Notes: generated by a model from the sequence alone, not told the origin. A stretch of DNA of 64,000 nucleotides from the human T2T-CHM13v2.0 reference genome, Homo sapiens (GCF_009914755.1 NC_060927.1), one strand, 5' to 3'. Counted from the stretch's first letter, positions 15,391 to 30,326 are shown. Made by a program: numbers and translations.

Positions 15391-18026
15391 ATGGATATGA
15401 CTAAGTTTCCATAAACAACAAATATGTGAGTTACACCTAATATCTGTCTCTTCATTAGAGCAGTTACAAATTCCTTTTGGGAAACGCTCTTGGCAATACT
15501 CAACCAGTCCAATTTAGGTTATTATATAAAAGTAATACAACTGAATTACATCTAAAATACTGGGCATTTTATGTTTTTTACTAGCTCAGCCTAGTCACTT
15601 TACCATTTAATTTCAAACTGCTTGGCTTTTTCTTCAGAATAAAAGTCATTGCATATTTGATTCTGGAATCCATACATATGAATTCTCTCCTTCCGCTCAT
15701 TTTTTAAAAAGCACTGTGATTTGCTTTTGTCTAGGTTCTGATTGTTAAACACAGATTGCTGACCCCAACCTCTGAGTTTCTGCATTTCCCCCAAGTTCCC
15801 AGGTAATGCTTATGTTGCTGGTTCACAGATCCCACTCTTGAGAACCACTAGCATAGAACAGCAACAAGAAGTTACTAATCAGATCAAACCATTTATTTTT
15901 AAAATGTGTCACAAAGTATGCAAACTGGGGCAGGCCCCACTTTTGAAACCAATTCTGATTATAGATGAAGTAGAAATTTTCTTTTCCAAATTTCTAGTTT
16001 AAATACCAACTGTTGAAGATTAGTTCAAATTTAAATAAAAGCTGAATAAGTATTTGCAAAGGATCACCAATGGTTTAAAAACTAGGCCAGATGCCTTTTC
16101 CTTTAAGAGGGATTTGTAGGATCCTGGTGAGATTTGTTTCAACACGTGGGCAAATAATCTCTTAGACACCTGCCAAAATGCTTTCATTGTGAGAACACTC
16201 AACAAGGGCCTGACAGGCAGAGATGCAGGGATACTCCCACAGGTTCTTCCTGCTTCCTTAGGAGAGCATCATCACTCAGGTTGACTGGCAAAGACGACAG
16301 GGCCCTGCACTCTAGGAGTGGTTTTGCATGTTGTTTTGGCAGCTCTGCCGGCGATGATTTTAGATCTTGTGAAGCCCCTGGTGTCATGCCAGTCTTGTTT
16401 GGTGGGTTGGCGTGGATCTTAGAACAATTATCATGAACACAGTTTGAATAGCAGATGTGATAAACTGCCTCTGGCAAGAGACCCCTGGCTCTCAAGACCA
16501 CCTGAGATCTCCAGCCCACTCCATGGGTAGCTCACGAACCTATACAGTTAATTCACCTCTTTTGGGTTTGAGAGAGAATATAAAAGGCTAAAGGTCATCA
16601 GGAGGCCTCAAAGACAGAAAGTACATGCAAAGGTGCTTTGCTGTAAAGGTGCTCCCACCATCCCGCCACCATTGTCTTTTGTAATTGGCAGACCACACGA
16701 TATCAGGGTAGAAGGAGAGATGGAATCAAAAATGAAACAGCTTGGACTTTTAGGGAAACTTGGATAGATAAGCTTGCCACAACCCATGCTTGAAAAGTTC
16801 CACGTTGACCCCTCGCCCTTGCCGTGGATGAAAGTGCGCAGTGTGTTTGCTCCTGGTGGCGGAGATGGCTGCTGCTTCTGTTTTCTTCCTTCAACTGAAA
16901 TATCTCTTCAGTGGTTTACATGAGTTTTACACTGGAAAAAAACCATCTCAGGGGCTGGGGGGGCGGTGGCATTCAAAGGGTACCATATGACTGGCAGGCT
17001 GGCTAGAGTTGTAGGGGTAACAGACTCAGTAGAGTTCCTCCTCAGACCCAAGAACTGGGGGCAAAGGGACACAGCCAGAGAGAGGACCAAGAGAGGTCCA
17101 GGAAAACAAAACCATCCCCTCAGACAAAAGAGAACGATGACAGCCAGAACTGGCAAGAGTGAGGGGAAACAAGCCCTTCGGTGCAGATGTGAGAGTGCAC
17201 ATACTTTCTCGAGGGCACTCTGGCAACACATATCAAAAGCCTGTATATCTCGGTCCTTAAATTCCATGTCCAGGCTTTACCCTTCAGACATAGTCAGTGA
17301 TGCGGGCAGGATATAGTTGCCAGAACATTCACAGGAGCATATTTTTATTAGTGAAAAATTGGAAATGAACTATAGATCCAGTAAAAACAGATAACAGAAT
17401 TTATGGTAGATGTATTCTTTGGAATACTATGTGGTCATTGGAAATCATTTTGTGAAAAAATATGTAAACGCTATGTCCTCCCATTGAAGGTAAAAAGTTG
17501 GTACAGTGACAGGTGCTGGTAACGATCTGCTTCTTTTGGTGCCGATCATGTGGGTGGGTTCAGTTTGTAAAAATTTATTGAGCTGCACTCTTATGACATA
17601 TCCACATTCTTTAATAAAAAGTTAAAAATAATTTCATACACAGTACATTGTGGTATGCATTATATTAAATATGTTTTATACTTCATATATATGTATGTAT
17701 GTGTATATGTGTGTGTGCACACACACAAATATTTGAAAAAAGACTAAAATAGGTGCCAAAATCTTGTGGTAGTGTTACCATAAATCCTTACCTTTATTAT
17801 GTTGTATAAATAAACCTTCAATGAATACGTATAATTTTTGTAATATCCTCTAAAATGTTAATAGATGTCTACTTCTAAAAAAGGCGTCAAAGGCATGGGA
17901 AGCTCCATGGCCAACACAGAGATATAAGTCAAAGTCCCTTCCTCAGTATCTACTGACTTCTTTAGGGGTGGGGTATGAGTCATTGCTACTGCAAGGCTGT
18001 GGGTACTAGCATATCAGGTACCCTGG

Positions 18027-18387
18027 TGCTATAGACTGAATGTCTGTATCCCTTCAAAATCCATATGTTGCAACCTAATCCCCAGTGTGATGGTATTGAA
18101 GGCGGGGCCTTTGGGAGGTGATGAGGTCATGAGAGTGGGGCCCTAATGAATGGGATTTGTGCCCTTGTAAAAGACATCCCAAAGATCTCCCTTGTCCTGT
18201 CCATCATGAAGGGACACAATGAGAAGACAGCTGTCTATGAATCAGGAAGCAGGCCCTCACCAGACAGTGAATCTGCTGGTAACTTGATCGTGAACGTCCC
18301 AGCCTCCAGAACTGTAAGACATAAACTTCTATTGTTTTTAAGCCACTCAGTCTATGGTATTCTGTTGCAGTGGCCTGAACTAAGACA
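18027..18387 (+). mobile_element. Solo MaLR LTR (MLT1A-like), 361 bp
   Basis: TG...CA termini and a perfect 5-bp TSD CCTGG (18022-18026 / 18388-18392). Confidence 0.9.
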
Positions 18388-19783
18388 CCTGGCCCCCACC
18401 ACAGTGAAGCTGGGGCTAAGAGGGAGGCAAACGTGCTCTCTCAGGTAGGTCTAGGGGCAAGATACCTGTTTCCCGAAGCCCACTTTCCTGTCCTTCTGGG
18501 TATGGCTTCTGTGGAGGCTCAGAAATTGGCAATGAGAAGTGTCCCCATAATGTCTGAGGTCTCTGTGTCCCTCTGATTCCAGCTAGGCTCCCATTATTGC
18601 AAACTCAAAGACAGAAGAGAGCTGGAAGCCAAGGCAGCAGGAGTCATTCCAGGTGAGGAAACTTAGCTTCTTTTTAGGTGAGACCAGGATCACTTATCAC
18701 TCAGCCTGCTTACCTAAGAGGCTCACAGCTGTCCGTGACCCTCTCTATTTGGTGTCTTTCTGGGTCCTCTTGAAGGTATACAGAGCAAGAGACAAGAATC
18801 TTACGAAATTTTTTTAAAGTTTTCCAGAAAACATAACCCCATTTGATTAAAAAAGAAGAAGGTTAGAGGCAGGATGGAAATGTAACAGATAAAATAAAAG
18901 CAGTATTAGCAGTTAAACTATGGAATACTTATTATAACCCAGGCACTGTCTAATCACTTTACAAATATATTATCCCACTTAAAAAACCTTTCAACAGCTC
19001 TAAGAGGTAGACATTATTGTAATCCCCATTTTAAAGATGAGATAAGTGAAGTTTGAAGACATTGGGTAACTTGTTTAGGATTCTTGCCCATGTAGCTGAC
19101 TGTAGAGACTGTGGCATCAGCCACCACAGGGCAGGCCTGATAAAGTTCAAGTGTCCCAAAGGGAAAGTCGAAGAACTCCGGTGGGACAGCTCTACAGGGT
19201 GCCCTGAAGATGGGACAAGCAAGAGTGAGCTTATAGGAAAAGACGAAAGATTTGTGGGGATGTTAAGAGCCTGGTTCTATGAGGGGCATTTAACTTATTC
19301 TTGAGGATTAAGAAACGACCACACAGTCATCTCACTGGGATATGCACTGAGAAGAATACAGACCTAGGCTCTAACCATGATGTCACATTTGGATAACTTA
19401 ATCTCTTTGATCTTGATTGTCCCCGTCTGAAAATGGGGTTAATACAAGCAACCCTGCAAATCGGTTAGAAGGATTAGATTGAATGTGGGCAAACCCGAGC
19501 ACCTGAGTGTGGTAACTAGGACAGCATAGGTGCAGAATAAATGGAATCTATTGCTATCATTATTTCTCAATGCCTGGAATCAGGGGGATGAATAGGATCT
19601 TGATGGGCCTTACACGGACAAGCTAATGAATGATGACTAAATACAGAAAGTGGGAAATCCAAATGAAATAGAATGCATTTTCGTTTTGTACTGACGTTGC
19701 TTTCATATGATTAAGTCCCTACTAATTAACATTAAATTGTAAATAATACCCAGTATTCCTGGAAACTGATGAAACTATAATTA

Positions 19784-19963
<180 letters not shown>

Positions 19964-20192
19964 CTAAGGAGGAGAAAAAAGAAAGATTTAAATGAAGAAG
20001 TTGAAGGGAGCTTTATTTATCATAGTTCTTATGTGGCAGAAAATCTCTTCTGAACTGATATCCTGTACAGTTTCCAGTTTTCACATCATTTGTTAACAAA
20101 CTGTACAGTTTACACATCTTTGAGTAAAGATATATGTTTTGGCCATTGCTTTAATAGGCCCTCAGTGACAATGTTTACAGGACTGTTGCTGC

Positions 20193-20195
<3 letters not shown>

Positions 20196-20229
<34 letters not shown>
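20196..20229 (+). repeat. (GA)n microsatellite
   Basis: ~17 AG units read directly. Confidence 0.97.
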
Positions 20230-20231
<2 letters not shown>

Positions 20232-21471
20232 AGAGAAAGGACAGGAATTTGGGTCCTGCTTCTGAATGCACAAAGGGTGTATACTTAGGTAAGGTGACAT
20301 AAATTCCAGGGGCTCTGGGATGGCATTTTCAGAGCACTGCACATGCTGGTGTGTGTCTGTGTGTGGGAGGTGGGCACACCGTGGGCAGTGATAGAGCAGA
20401 GCGATGGGTGGGCCCTAGCAAACAGCGCCCTGTGGATTCTTGCTTCTGACCCAGCTGGGGCTTGAAGCTCCCCTCTGCCCTACAGACTCCAGTTTGAGGT
20501 GGTCTCAGCTGAGGGTTGAGGGGGAAGATTGCTAGGCTGTCTACAGGAAACTTGGCAAACTTTAGGGCAGAGTGGTGAATTTACTAGTATTTAATGTCCC
20601 TAGGGCAGTTCTCTGCTGTTTACTTGCTCAAGAACAATCCATGGCCTTGTTGCTCAAAGCGTAGTGCAGCAGCCTGGGTGTCACCAGGGGACTTCTTCTC
20701 AGGCCCCTCTCCAGACCAGGTGGTACAGAATCAGCATTTTAGCAAGACCTCCAGGTGACTTATATGCTTCCCAACGTCCACAGTAGCCATCTGACTCCTG
20801 AGTTTCTCATTCAGTGACCTCCCTGATGTGATCTGTGTCCATGTGTCTCCTGCTGTCACCCAGTGCTTCCTTCAGGAAGAGTCTGCTCCACTTCTCCTCC
20901 TTGTCTTTGTGATGATCATAACCACCATTTATTTGTGGCCTACAAGTGAGCCAGCCACTTTGCACACTACCCTGTCTCAAGTAGTCCTCATTCAAATCCT
21001 GATTCGCAGGTGAGCAAACTAGGGATCAGAAAGGTTAAGAGCAAGCTGCTGAGGCCAGGCCTGCGATCTGGGTGGCCCTGACTCCACACAGCAGTCTCCC
21101 CGGAGCTCCACACCTCCTCACCCCTACTTCAAGGCTTTTACTCCCTGTGGACCTTTTGACACTAATGAACAGTATCTCTACTCCTCTGAACACCCTCCTA
21201 GCCAGCCTCTCCAGCTGTCTCCCAGAAAGATGTGAATGTGACCAAGGAGATCACAGACTCAAGCCCTACCCAGTGGTGGCCACCTTTGCCTAGAGCCACA
21301 GTGAATAGACAAGAACAAGACCAGTTCTCTTTTCCGCACCCAGGGGCTTGGAGATGGGGGTAGGAAAGGGGGATGGGAATGAGGAACTGACACTGTGAGT
21401 GAGATGAGCAAAATAGAATTCCTCACTTGCAGAGCAGTGAGGACACTGCCAGTGGTGAGACTAGCCTAACA

Positions 21472-21639
21472 TAGTGGCCCCCAAACTTCACTGTGCGTCA
21501 GTATCACTTGATTTCTGGGCCCCATCCCCAGTGTATTTGATTCAGCAGGTCAGGGATGGAGCTTGGGAATCTGCATTTCTAACAAGTTCCCAGGGTGTGC
21601 TGATGAAGCTGCTCTGGGCCCACTCTTTGAGAACCACTG
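21472..21639. mobile_element. MER5A (hAT-Charlie)
   Basis: gaatctgcatttctaacaagttcccagg and terminal tttgagaaccactg. Confidence 0.85.
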
Positions 21640-22241
21640 AGTTAGCAGTAACCAAGTCCAGCTTAGAGTAATCCAGTTCCCTTGCCTCCTCCCGCATATC
21701 TCCTGTTACTGCTCACATCACATTTTTAGCAGAAGAAAAAGCAAAAGATGATTCTTTTACTCTTCTTGGTGCCAGAGCACCAGGGTCAACAGGAGCAGCC
21801 CAGGAGTCATGCTTACAGCCTCAGGGGAAGGTTTTAAAAACATATTATTAATACATAACAAATGCTGGCAGCATTTAACTTTTTTTGACCATCCAGCATT
21901 GTCTTCTGTTTATTTTTTACTTTATTTTTTTGTGTGTGTTGCTGGCAGTGAGTGGATGAAACCTGGTTTCTGTCGTGTTTCACAATGATTGAGAATGTTT
22001 TGGGGCAACTGTTGGCATAGCAAGCCCAGGGAAGGCCACTGTTCGGCTGGCTCTCTGGGAGCAGGCAGAATTGATGAAATAATCACATGTACAGCCTCCT
22101 TCTACATCCCTCTTTCTCACCTAGATTGTGCTAAAGTAAAAGGTACCTCTGTTCCTCCTTTGGTAATGCTGCTCCCTGCAGCCTTCAGATATCCCTGCTC
22201 TTCTTTATAATTTCTTCTCATTCCTGAAACTGAGGCTCATC

Positions 22242-22283
22242 TCACTGACCTTGTCTACTTGACAAGTCTTTTATGAAGATCAA
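22242..22283 (-). CDS. THRB: Coding part of an alternative 137-nt cassette exon (22147-22283), TRbeta4-type C-terminus LIFIKDLSSRQGQ*
   Basis: Acceptor cattccttttatcag|TTG, donor GAG|GTACCT, exactly 137 nt; phase 0 gives 13 codons then TGA (22242-22244). Length, host intron and peptide length agree with my recollection of TRbeta4. Confidence 0.85.
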   Translation of the reverse strand: MIFIKDLSSRQGQ

Positions 22284-22328
22284 CTGATAAAAGGAATGTG
22301 GGCACACATTCAAAAAGGCAGAGAGTCA

Positions 22329-22405
22329 TATATATATATATATATATATATATAAATTATACATAAATATATATTAATTACATATCTATATAATTATATA
22401 TATGT
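22329..22405 (+). repeat. (TA)n / AT-rich simple repeat
   Basis: Read directly. Confidence 0.95.
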
Positions 22406-23744
22406 AGGATGAACTTTTTAAAATAAAAATAAAATTAAGAAGTGTAATAACATTGTTTTGGCCTGGCTGAATCTAAACATCTCTCAATGAATACTGATAG
22501 AGCTGATCTGATATATTTAAATGGCACTGAGTGTCCTTTGAAATGTTGGTGGGTTAATACTGATGTTAATTTTTTCATTCAATTTGTGGGTGTGTAGATT
22601 ATTTGAATTCCACTTGTGACATGTGTAAAGATTTGAAAAAAGGAGAGAAAGTATGCAAGGAAATATGGCAATTTTAAGTAAAACTAAACCCCCAAATGTA
22701 ACAAGCTCACAAGTTTTCTGATGGAAATATATATCAAGGTAGAATAAAAAATTCACTTTTAAGCCTCTGGCTATTTAATGGACTACAAAATTGCTAGAAG
22801 TAAAACTATGAACAAAGTAAAACCCTTTGATTTTATCATTAAGATTTTTTTCCATAATGGATCTTAGATACCAGAACAACAAAAAAGAATCTATCTATCT
22901 GTTTGTCTATATCCATGAATTGACCCGAGTTATTATCAGGTTAATCAAGGTTGAGCAGTGAAACCCTGTTTGTTACTTCCCTGAAGATTTTTCACCTATA
23001 ACAAAAATACATAATTTTCTAAAATATTTGGAAGATGTTAAAAATAGAGTATAAATATTTCACATTAGTTGAACCCATTAGATATCTTATTATAGCTAAT
23101 AGCCTCGTAAACTACTATATGAAATACATTTGCTCATATACACATATGTATTTATGTGCCCAAGATCAAGCTCCAATACTGATGATAAGTCTCTAGCTTG
23201 CTTGTAGATTCACCACTGTAGACCTGTGGGGAAAGCCTGCTTTTTGCCTCTGTGGATCCAACTGCCTGAGCTAGCTCATGGTGGTATTTTCAACTCTCAT
23301 TCTGATATCCTCTCTTTGCCCTAAATGGACTTCCTGAGCTAGCCCAGCTGTCTGCTCTATGTCTCCCCTACAGCTTGCCTTACATCTTCCCATTTCACTG
23401 CTGCCTTCTCTCCAGACTTTTGCTTTCTCCAAAGCCCCCACTTCTGTCTCTCATCTCTGTCTTTTCCAAATCCTATTTTCTCTTCAAGACCCAACTCAAG
23501 TTCTATCTTCTCCTAGATGTTTTCCCAGGTGACCTCAGTTTGAAATGACATTTACCTCATTCAAACACACATGGTGGCCCATGACTATGAGTCATATGGT
23601 ATTTAGGCATTTATTACTATCACTTTTTATTATAGTTATGTAAGTACACACCAAAGATATGAACTTAAGGGGGTAGAGAATAAGTCTTACTTGTCTTTGC
23701 CTACTGTGTACAAGGCATTGGGCCAAGTTGTGGAGGACAGAATG

Positions 23745-24500
23745 CTTATTGGTTGAGTGAGTGAATGAATGTATACTTATACCAATATTTATTGAGCAGG
23801 TACTGTGGGCCAGGCCTAGTTTTAGATGCTGAGGTTACAGCAATGAACAGTGTATCCTCAAGGACCTTGCATTGTAGTGAGGGGAGATAGACAATAAATA
23901 AGAAACATGTATTCGTGGAAGAATTTGTGATAAGTCTGGAGGTGACATGATAATACATGGGGAGGCAGGAGAAAGGAAGGTCAGCCAAGGCCCCTTTGAG
24001 AAGCAATGTGTGGACTTTGACTTGAGGAATGTCAAGGAAGTAGCTTTCCTTAGGGCCAGAGGAAGAACACTCAAGGCAGAGAGGAAAGCCAGTGCAAAGT
24101 CCCAAAGCCAGAAAGGAGGCCCGTGTGGTTAGAGCCCAGTGATGGCATGAAATGAGGAAGCAGAGGTAGGCAGGGGGATCCGTGATGCTAGGCATTGTAG
24201 ACCATAGAAAGGAGATGGGCTTATTCTAAATGCAATGGGGCATCTACTGAAGGGCTGTAAACAGGGCATAGACATGACACGATGGTTACTGCATGGAGAA
24301 GATATGCGGGGAGTCAAAGGAAAAAACAGGCAGGAAACAGCTGTGGTTTGGGCAGGCTGAAGTGCACTATGGGGATGGCAGTAGAGATGGAGAGGCCTAG
24401 AGAATTACAGTTGTATATTGGCAGCTGAAAACAAGGGCCAAAAATGGACTGGCTGTGGGGTAAGGAATCCAGAATGACTTCTTGGGGTAGTGGGGGTGGA
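23745..24500. mobile_element. L2 LINE 3' segment
   Basis: aatatttattgagcaggtactgtgggccaggc start plus typical L2 body motifs; edges approximate. Confidence 0.75.
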
Positions 24501-25864
24501 GGGTGCAAAAGGAGAGATTCAGGTGTGTGTTCAGGGGTGACCTCAGCCCCTGCTCAGCACGGGTGAGGCTGGTCTTATGCAAATCGTGGCCAACTGGCTT
24601 TCTGCTTTGACTATTTCATTAGTATTGTTCAAGGTGAGTAGGAAACGCTGCCAGCTGACCTCTGCTGAGTCCTTGGCTCAGAGCCAAGGACTTCTTGGCT
24701 TGAAAAGGTAACTCTCTGACACATGCAGAATGGAGTGGGGCCAGATGGGACTCTCACTTCTTCACTTGTTCATAGGATGTCTTCTTGTACCTTTGCCAGG
24801 CTAGACAGGAAGACCTGGGCAGATAATAATTCAAGGTCCTTGGGCCATGGGATATGACTACAGCCTCACCCTTTTCCTGGGATGAGCAGGAATAAGATGG
24901 TGGCAGTGCGGGGTGTGGGGGTGGTAAGGATAGTGCATGTAGTAACCACTTACGTGGTTGCTAACAATATGCCAGGCAGTGTTAACCCACTTGTATCTAT
25001 TGCTTTATGCCATTCAGCAAGGGCATAAGGCAACTGAGCCTGAAATAACTTGCCCAAAGAAGTCACACTTAAAAAAGCAACAAAGGCAAGCATGGAACCT
25101 TGGCTGTCTGGTTCCAATCTCCATTCATGTAACTACTAGATTATCCTGCCTTCTTCTGATGTTATTCTAATAACTTGGGGTGATAGATGCCTTCCTGACG
25201 TGATTGCACTTGTACTATGAGCTATGCACACAGACCAAATATGGCCTCATCACTCACCCTGTCTGACCCTTCTGCTTATGCCCCTTGTCTGAAGCTGCCC
25301 CAATTGAGTGTGTGAAATCAGACAGTATCTCTGCCAGGGAAAAAGTAGGAAAGGTCTCCTCTGATCCTAAAGGTCACATTTTATACTTGGGTAGACATTC
25401 ACCCAAAGCTACAACTTTGCATGAAAATTAAGGGAGCAGAATAATGACACAATGTCAGCAGACAATAATAAATGATGTCAATAGACAAGATTGTTGCTGT
25501 CAGGGGCTGCTACTGGAGGTCTAGAAGCGAGCTACCCTTGGTGGAGTGACCTGCTTTCCCTTGTTTGGCATCAGATGCTGCTTGTTCTCTTCTCAGCCTG
25601 CTTCTGCTTTTCATCCTTACTGTCATCACACATGAATTGTTGGTGGTGAAATTAGGCATTTCTGTAGCCTCAGAGATTTGAGTAGATTGGAGAAAACTAG
25701 AAAATTATATGATTTAAATGCTTTTGGGAGAAGCTTTAAAGAGTGGCTTTAGATTTATTATGAAAATCTTAATGGCTTTTGCAAAAGTTCCTCATTTGCC
25801 AAAGACTCTAATTTTCTCAGACCCAAATATAGATTTAAAATCCAGATCAAATCACTGTCTCTGT

Positions 25865-26212
<348 letters not shown>

Positions 26213-26789
26213 TGACTTGAGTGCTGGTCTTAAAGTGAAAATGGGTCCTGGTCTTAGACTGAAAACTATGTCAGTAGCTCCTTTTAGGGAATAATGCACT
26301 TACCCATTCCAGATAAATGAATACTTTCAGCTTTAATGACAACATGTAATCCCATATGACATATTTTTATACTATTGTTAACATGATAGGCCTCCTCAAA
26401 TTCTTTTTTGGAACAAAATGGGACATCAACACATAAAAAATAAATAACACGTGGCAGTGTTGCAAGCACAGGAAAAGGGGTGTTAGCACACAGGAGAGGC
26501 AAATTCTAATGTGCAAAAAAGCCTGTTTGGTACATGATACCTTTCAGTACATGAATACCACTTAGCAAAGCTGTCTTTAAGTAAAGATTCTTAATGTCCT
26601 TGCAGGACTAATTCACTACTCAAAAGAGTGAAATTTTCATCCTGAGCATAAATACTCAGTTGGAGTCACGTTTCTGCAAGGAGTATATGTAAATATGTAA
26701 ACTGGCTAAGACACAGGGCTTAACTGTACTATCTCCAAGGATGGGTGAGTGGAACTGTATGTTCAGTTCAACAAATATTTATCGAGTTC

Positions 26790-27366
26790 TGTTCTGGTTA
26801 TTTATTGCTGTATAACAAACTAACCCCAAACTTTGTGGTTTAAAACAACAATTTTTAATTTTCTTTCTGAGTTCTGGGGATTGATTGGCACAGCTAGGGG
26901 GCCCTCATACAGCTGCCATCAAATGGCAGTAGAGGCTGGTGTCATGTAAAGGCTTTTTTACTCATATTTCTGGTCCCTGGGCTGCTTGGGAATCTCTCTT
27001 TCTGTGTGGCCTTTTTACATGGCTAGCTTGGGATTCCTCACTGCCTGGTGGTCTCAGAGTAGTTGGACCTTTATTATTATTTTTTATTATTCTTATTTTT
27101 TAATATATAGTCAACTGCTATGAGAGACCAGGTGGCTTCCCTCCCCCAAGGTACCCAAGTGGAAGCTGCAAGGCTTCTTATGACCCAACCTTAGAAGTAA
27201 CTTAAATATCACTTCTGCCAAAATGCACTGTTTAAAGGCATCAGATACCAGCCTAGATTCAAGGGGAGAGGGGAACAGACTCTACCTCTCCCAGAGAGAG
27301 AACGGGCTGTGTATACAGAGATGAGAAATAATTTGATGGCAGCCATCTTGGAGAAAAGCTGCCACA
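26790..27366 (-). mobile_element. Solo MLT1-type LTR
   Basis: TG...CA ends, attgctgtataacaaac motif, flanks agttc/agttt (4/5 TSD). Confidence 0.75.
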
Positions 27367-29809
27367 AGTTTCCATCACACATAGCATAGATACTCAAGTG
27401 TGGAGGCTGAATGGAACATTGTTCTCCTGTGAAGAGATGCAGGGGTTATCCCAGGCACAGAAGGGGATTGGCTGACAGAAATGAAGTTCATTGTAGAGAC
27501 AGACAGGACAGTGGAAGAGTCCTGATCCTTCCCAATAACCCTCTAGGGAAAAATGGCTCGGAGAAGCAGTTATTTACATTTGAATCAAGATGGACAATTT
27601 CTTGAGCAGATTAAAGATCTACAAAAGATACATTTCATGTCAGCCCTACAAGGAGAATAAAACTCTCTTGTGCATGGGTAATCTCATGGTTCTGACAGAA
27701 GCCTAATGGCAAATCATTCTGTGCCATAGATTCTTTCCATAGATGGTCAGGCTGGTGAACTGTTAGGAGCCTTTAAGTGAACAGTGCAGACCTCAAGACT
27801 GGTTCTAATGACTAGATATTGTGACCACACAGCACGAAGATATTTGATTATATTTTGCTTTATAGAGGTGGTTTCTCTGCTTCCAGACATAGCACAACGT
27901 CATCTCCTCAGAGATGCTTCTTCTGACCACCATGTTCACAGAAATGAAGTCTCTCCCCACTTCCAGTTCACAAACTCTTCATCCCATCACACTGTTTATT
28001 GCCTTCATTGCACTTACCACTACCTGCATTTATTTTGTTTGTTTATCTCTTATTATCTGCCTCCCACTAGAGGAATGTGCCTGACTTATTTACTTTCTGG
28101 CACATAGTATCCACTCAATAAATGTTTCTTAAATAAAGGAACAAATCTTTAAAGTCTGGAAAGAAGCACCTTATGACTACTTAAACAAGTTTAGTTGGAC
28201 TAGTATCCCTTCTCTATGGGGAGTAAAGACAATAAAAGTATAAAATTCCCGGGAGAAGTCCAGGATGAACTTCAAATCTTCTACCTTACTTGGAATTCAG
28301 CTTGGTCACGACTTGAAATCAGGAGACAGTGCCAGGCCTGGAAGTGGTTTCTACAATGTCCATTTATGGGTGACACATTTGGGGAAAGGATGGATTTAAG
28401 TTTGCAATTAGGTAGGACTCTGTCTTGCTATGCCCCAAGTGTACTGTGTTAGAATTTGTCTATCAATCCAGAATTAGTGCTTTTGAATTTTCTGGCAGAT
28501 ATACCAGGGTGGGGTGAAGATGCAAGATCAAGGCACTGAGAGGCTGCTCCTCCAAAGAGCTGGGATCTTTCAGAGGCTTTTTGGGTTTGTGCAGGTGCCA
28601 AGATTGCATAGGGTAGTGGATAGAGACATAAATCCCGGAGCTGGCTGCATCCATCACCACTGTTTACCAGTTGTGGGAGCTCAGGCAAGTTTCCTCAACT
28701 TCTGTGTCTTACTTCTCTCTTCTGTAAAATGGAGATATTAACCACATCTACCTACAGGATTGGTATAGGAAGTTAATGAATGAAAAGCACTTAGAATAGT
28801 ACCTGGCATATGGTAAAGGCCATCTAGGTATTTGCTGACATTGCTGTTAGTGAAAGCCATCAACAAAGTGCTGGCACTATTGTTTCATTACAACGAAAGT
28901 AATTGTGTCAGTACAGGTGAATTATGTATAAGCCTTTTCTTTCCAAAACTTCCTTTAAGGTTGTTGTTATGTTGTTTTAAGAAAAAGATCCACTATCTCA
29001 TTGTAATGTTAATGTTGAGGTACAAGGATAATTATACCACTATATCTTCTTGTTCAGATGGGGAAGTACTCTAATGTGTCCTAGGGATACAAATGAAACC
29101 ACAGAATATCTGTTGTCAGGTAGGTACTTGAAAAGGGTTTTATATCATAAACTAAGAGCAGAGTCAGTCTCTGAGATGGTCCAGCACTAGTAGGGCACGT
29201 AGTCTTTCTAATGAGGTGGGTGGAGAGCCTGGACTTGGAACCAGAAGACCGAGTTGGTTTTGGTGCCTGGCTTTTAGCAGTGCGATCCTGGGCAAGCGGC
29301 TTAAGGCCTTGGGCTTGGTTTGCATGTCTGTAAAATGGGGATAGTAATTCCAGCTTACCTCAAAACACTATGAAGTCTGAATAAAAAATGAATGGGAAGA
29401 ATTTTCACAACTGGTAATTTTTATAAGAATATTAAACATCAATATTGCAAGGGTCTGGAAGGTCTTTTTTCTCTACACACTCGTGCCCACCAACCCTATC
29501 CCTACTCCCTCATTCCCATTGCCCTTCTTGAGTCAAGCTCATTTAATTTAAGCTAAAAAATTTTGACTTCTGTTGACATAAAAATATACTTGAGGCCTAG
29601 AGGCTATTATAAAGGGAATATTTGGGATTGAGTTCAGGGACTAAATATGTATATACTGGGCATCTAAGGAAAGAAATGGGTATAGAAAGTAAAAGATGGC
29701 AGACAAAACATTTTACTAATTAGTTGGTCTGGGAGTGGTCTTTCTAACAGTAAAAGCAAACTGATATAATGTGGCCTAAGAAACTGTTTTAGAATTCAGC
29801 AAATCACAA

Positions 29810-30326
<517 letters not shown>

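Noticed and set aside
29359-29495. Alternative 137-nt interval as the beta4 exon (also 21153-21289, and 28018-28155 at 138 nt)
   Set aside because: Purine-rich acceptor, weak donor or wrong length; peptides of 18, 7 and 8 aa fit worse than 22147-22283.
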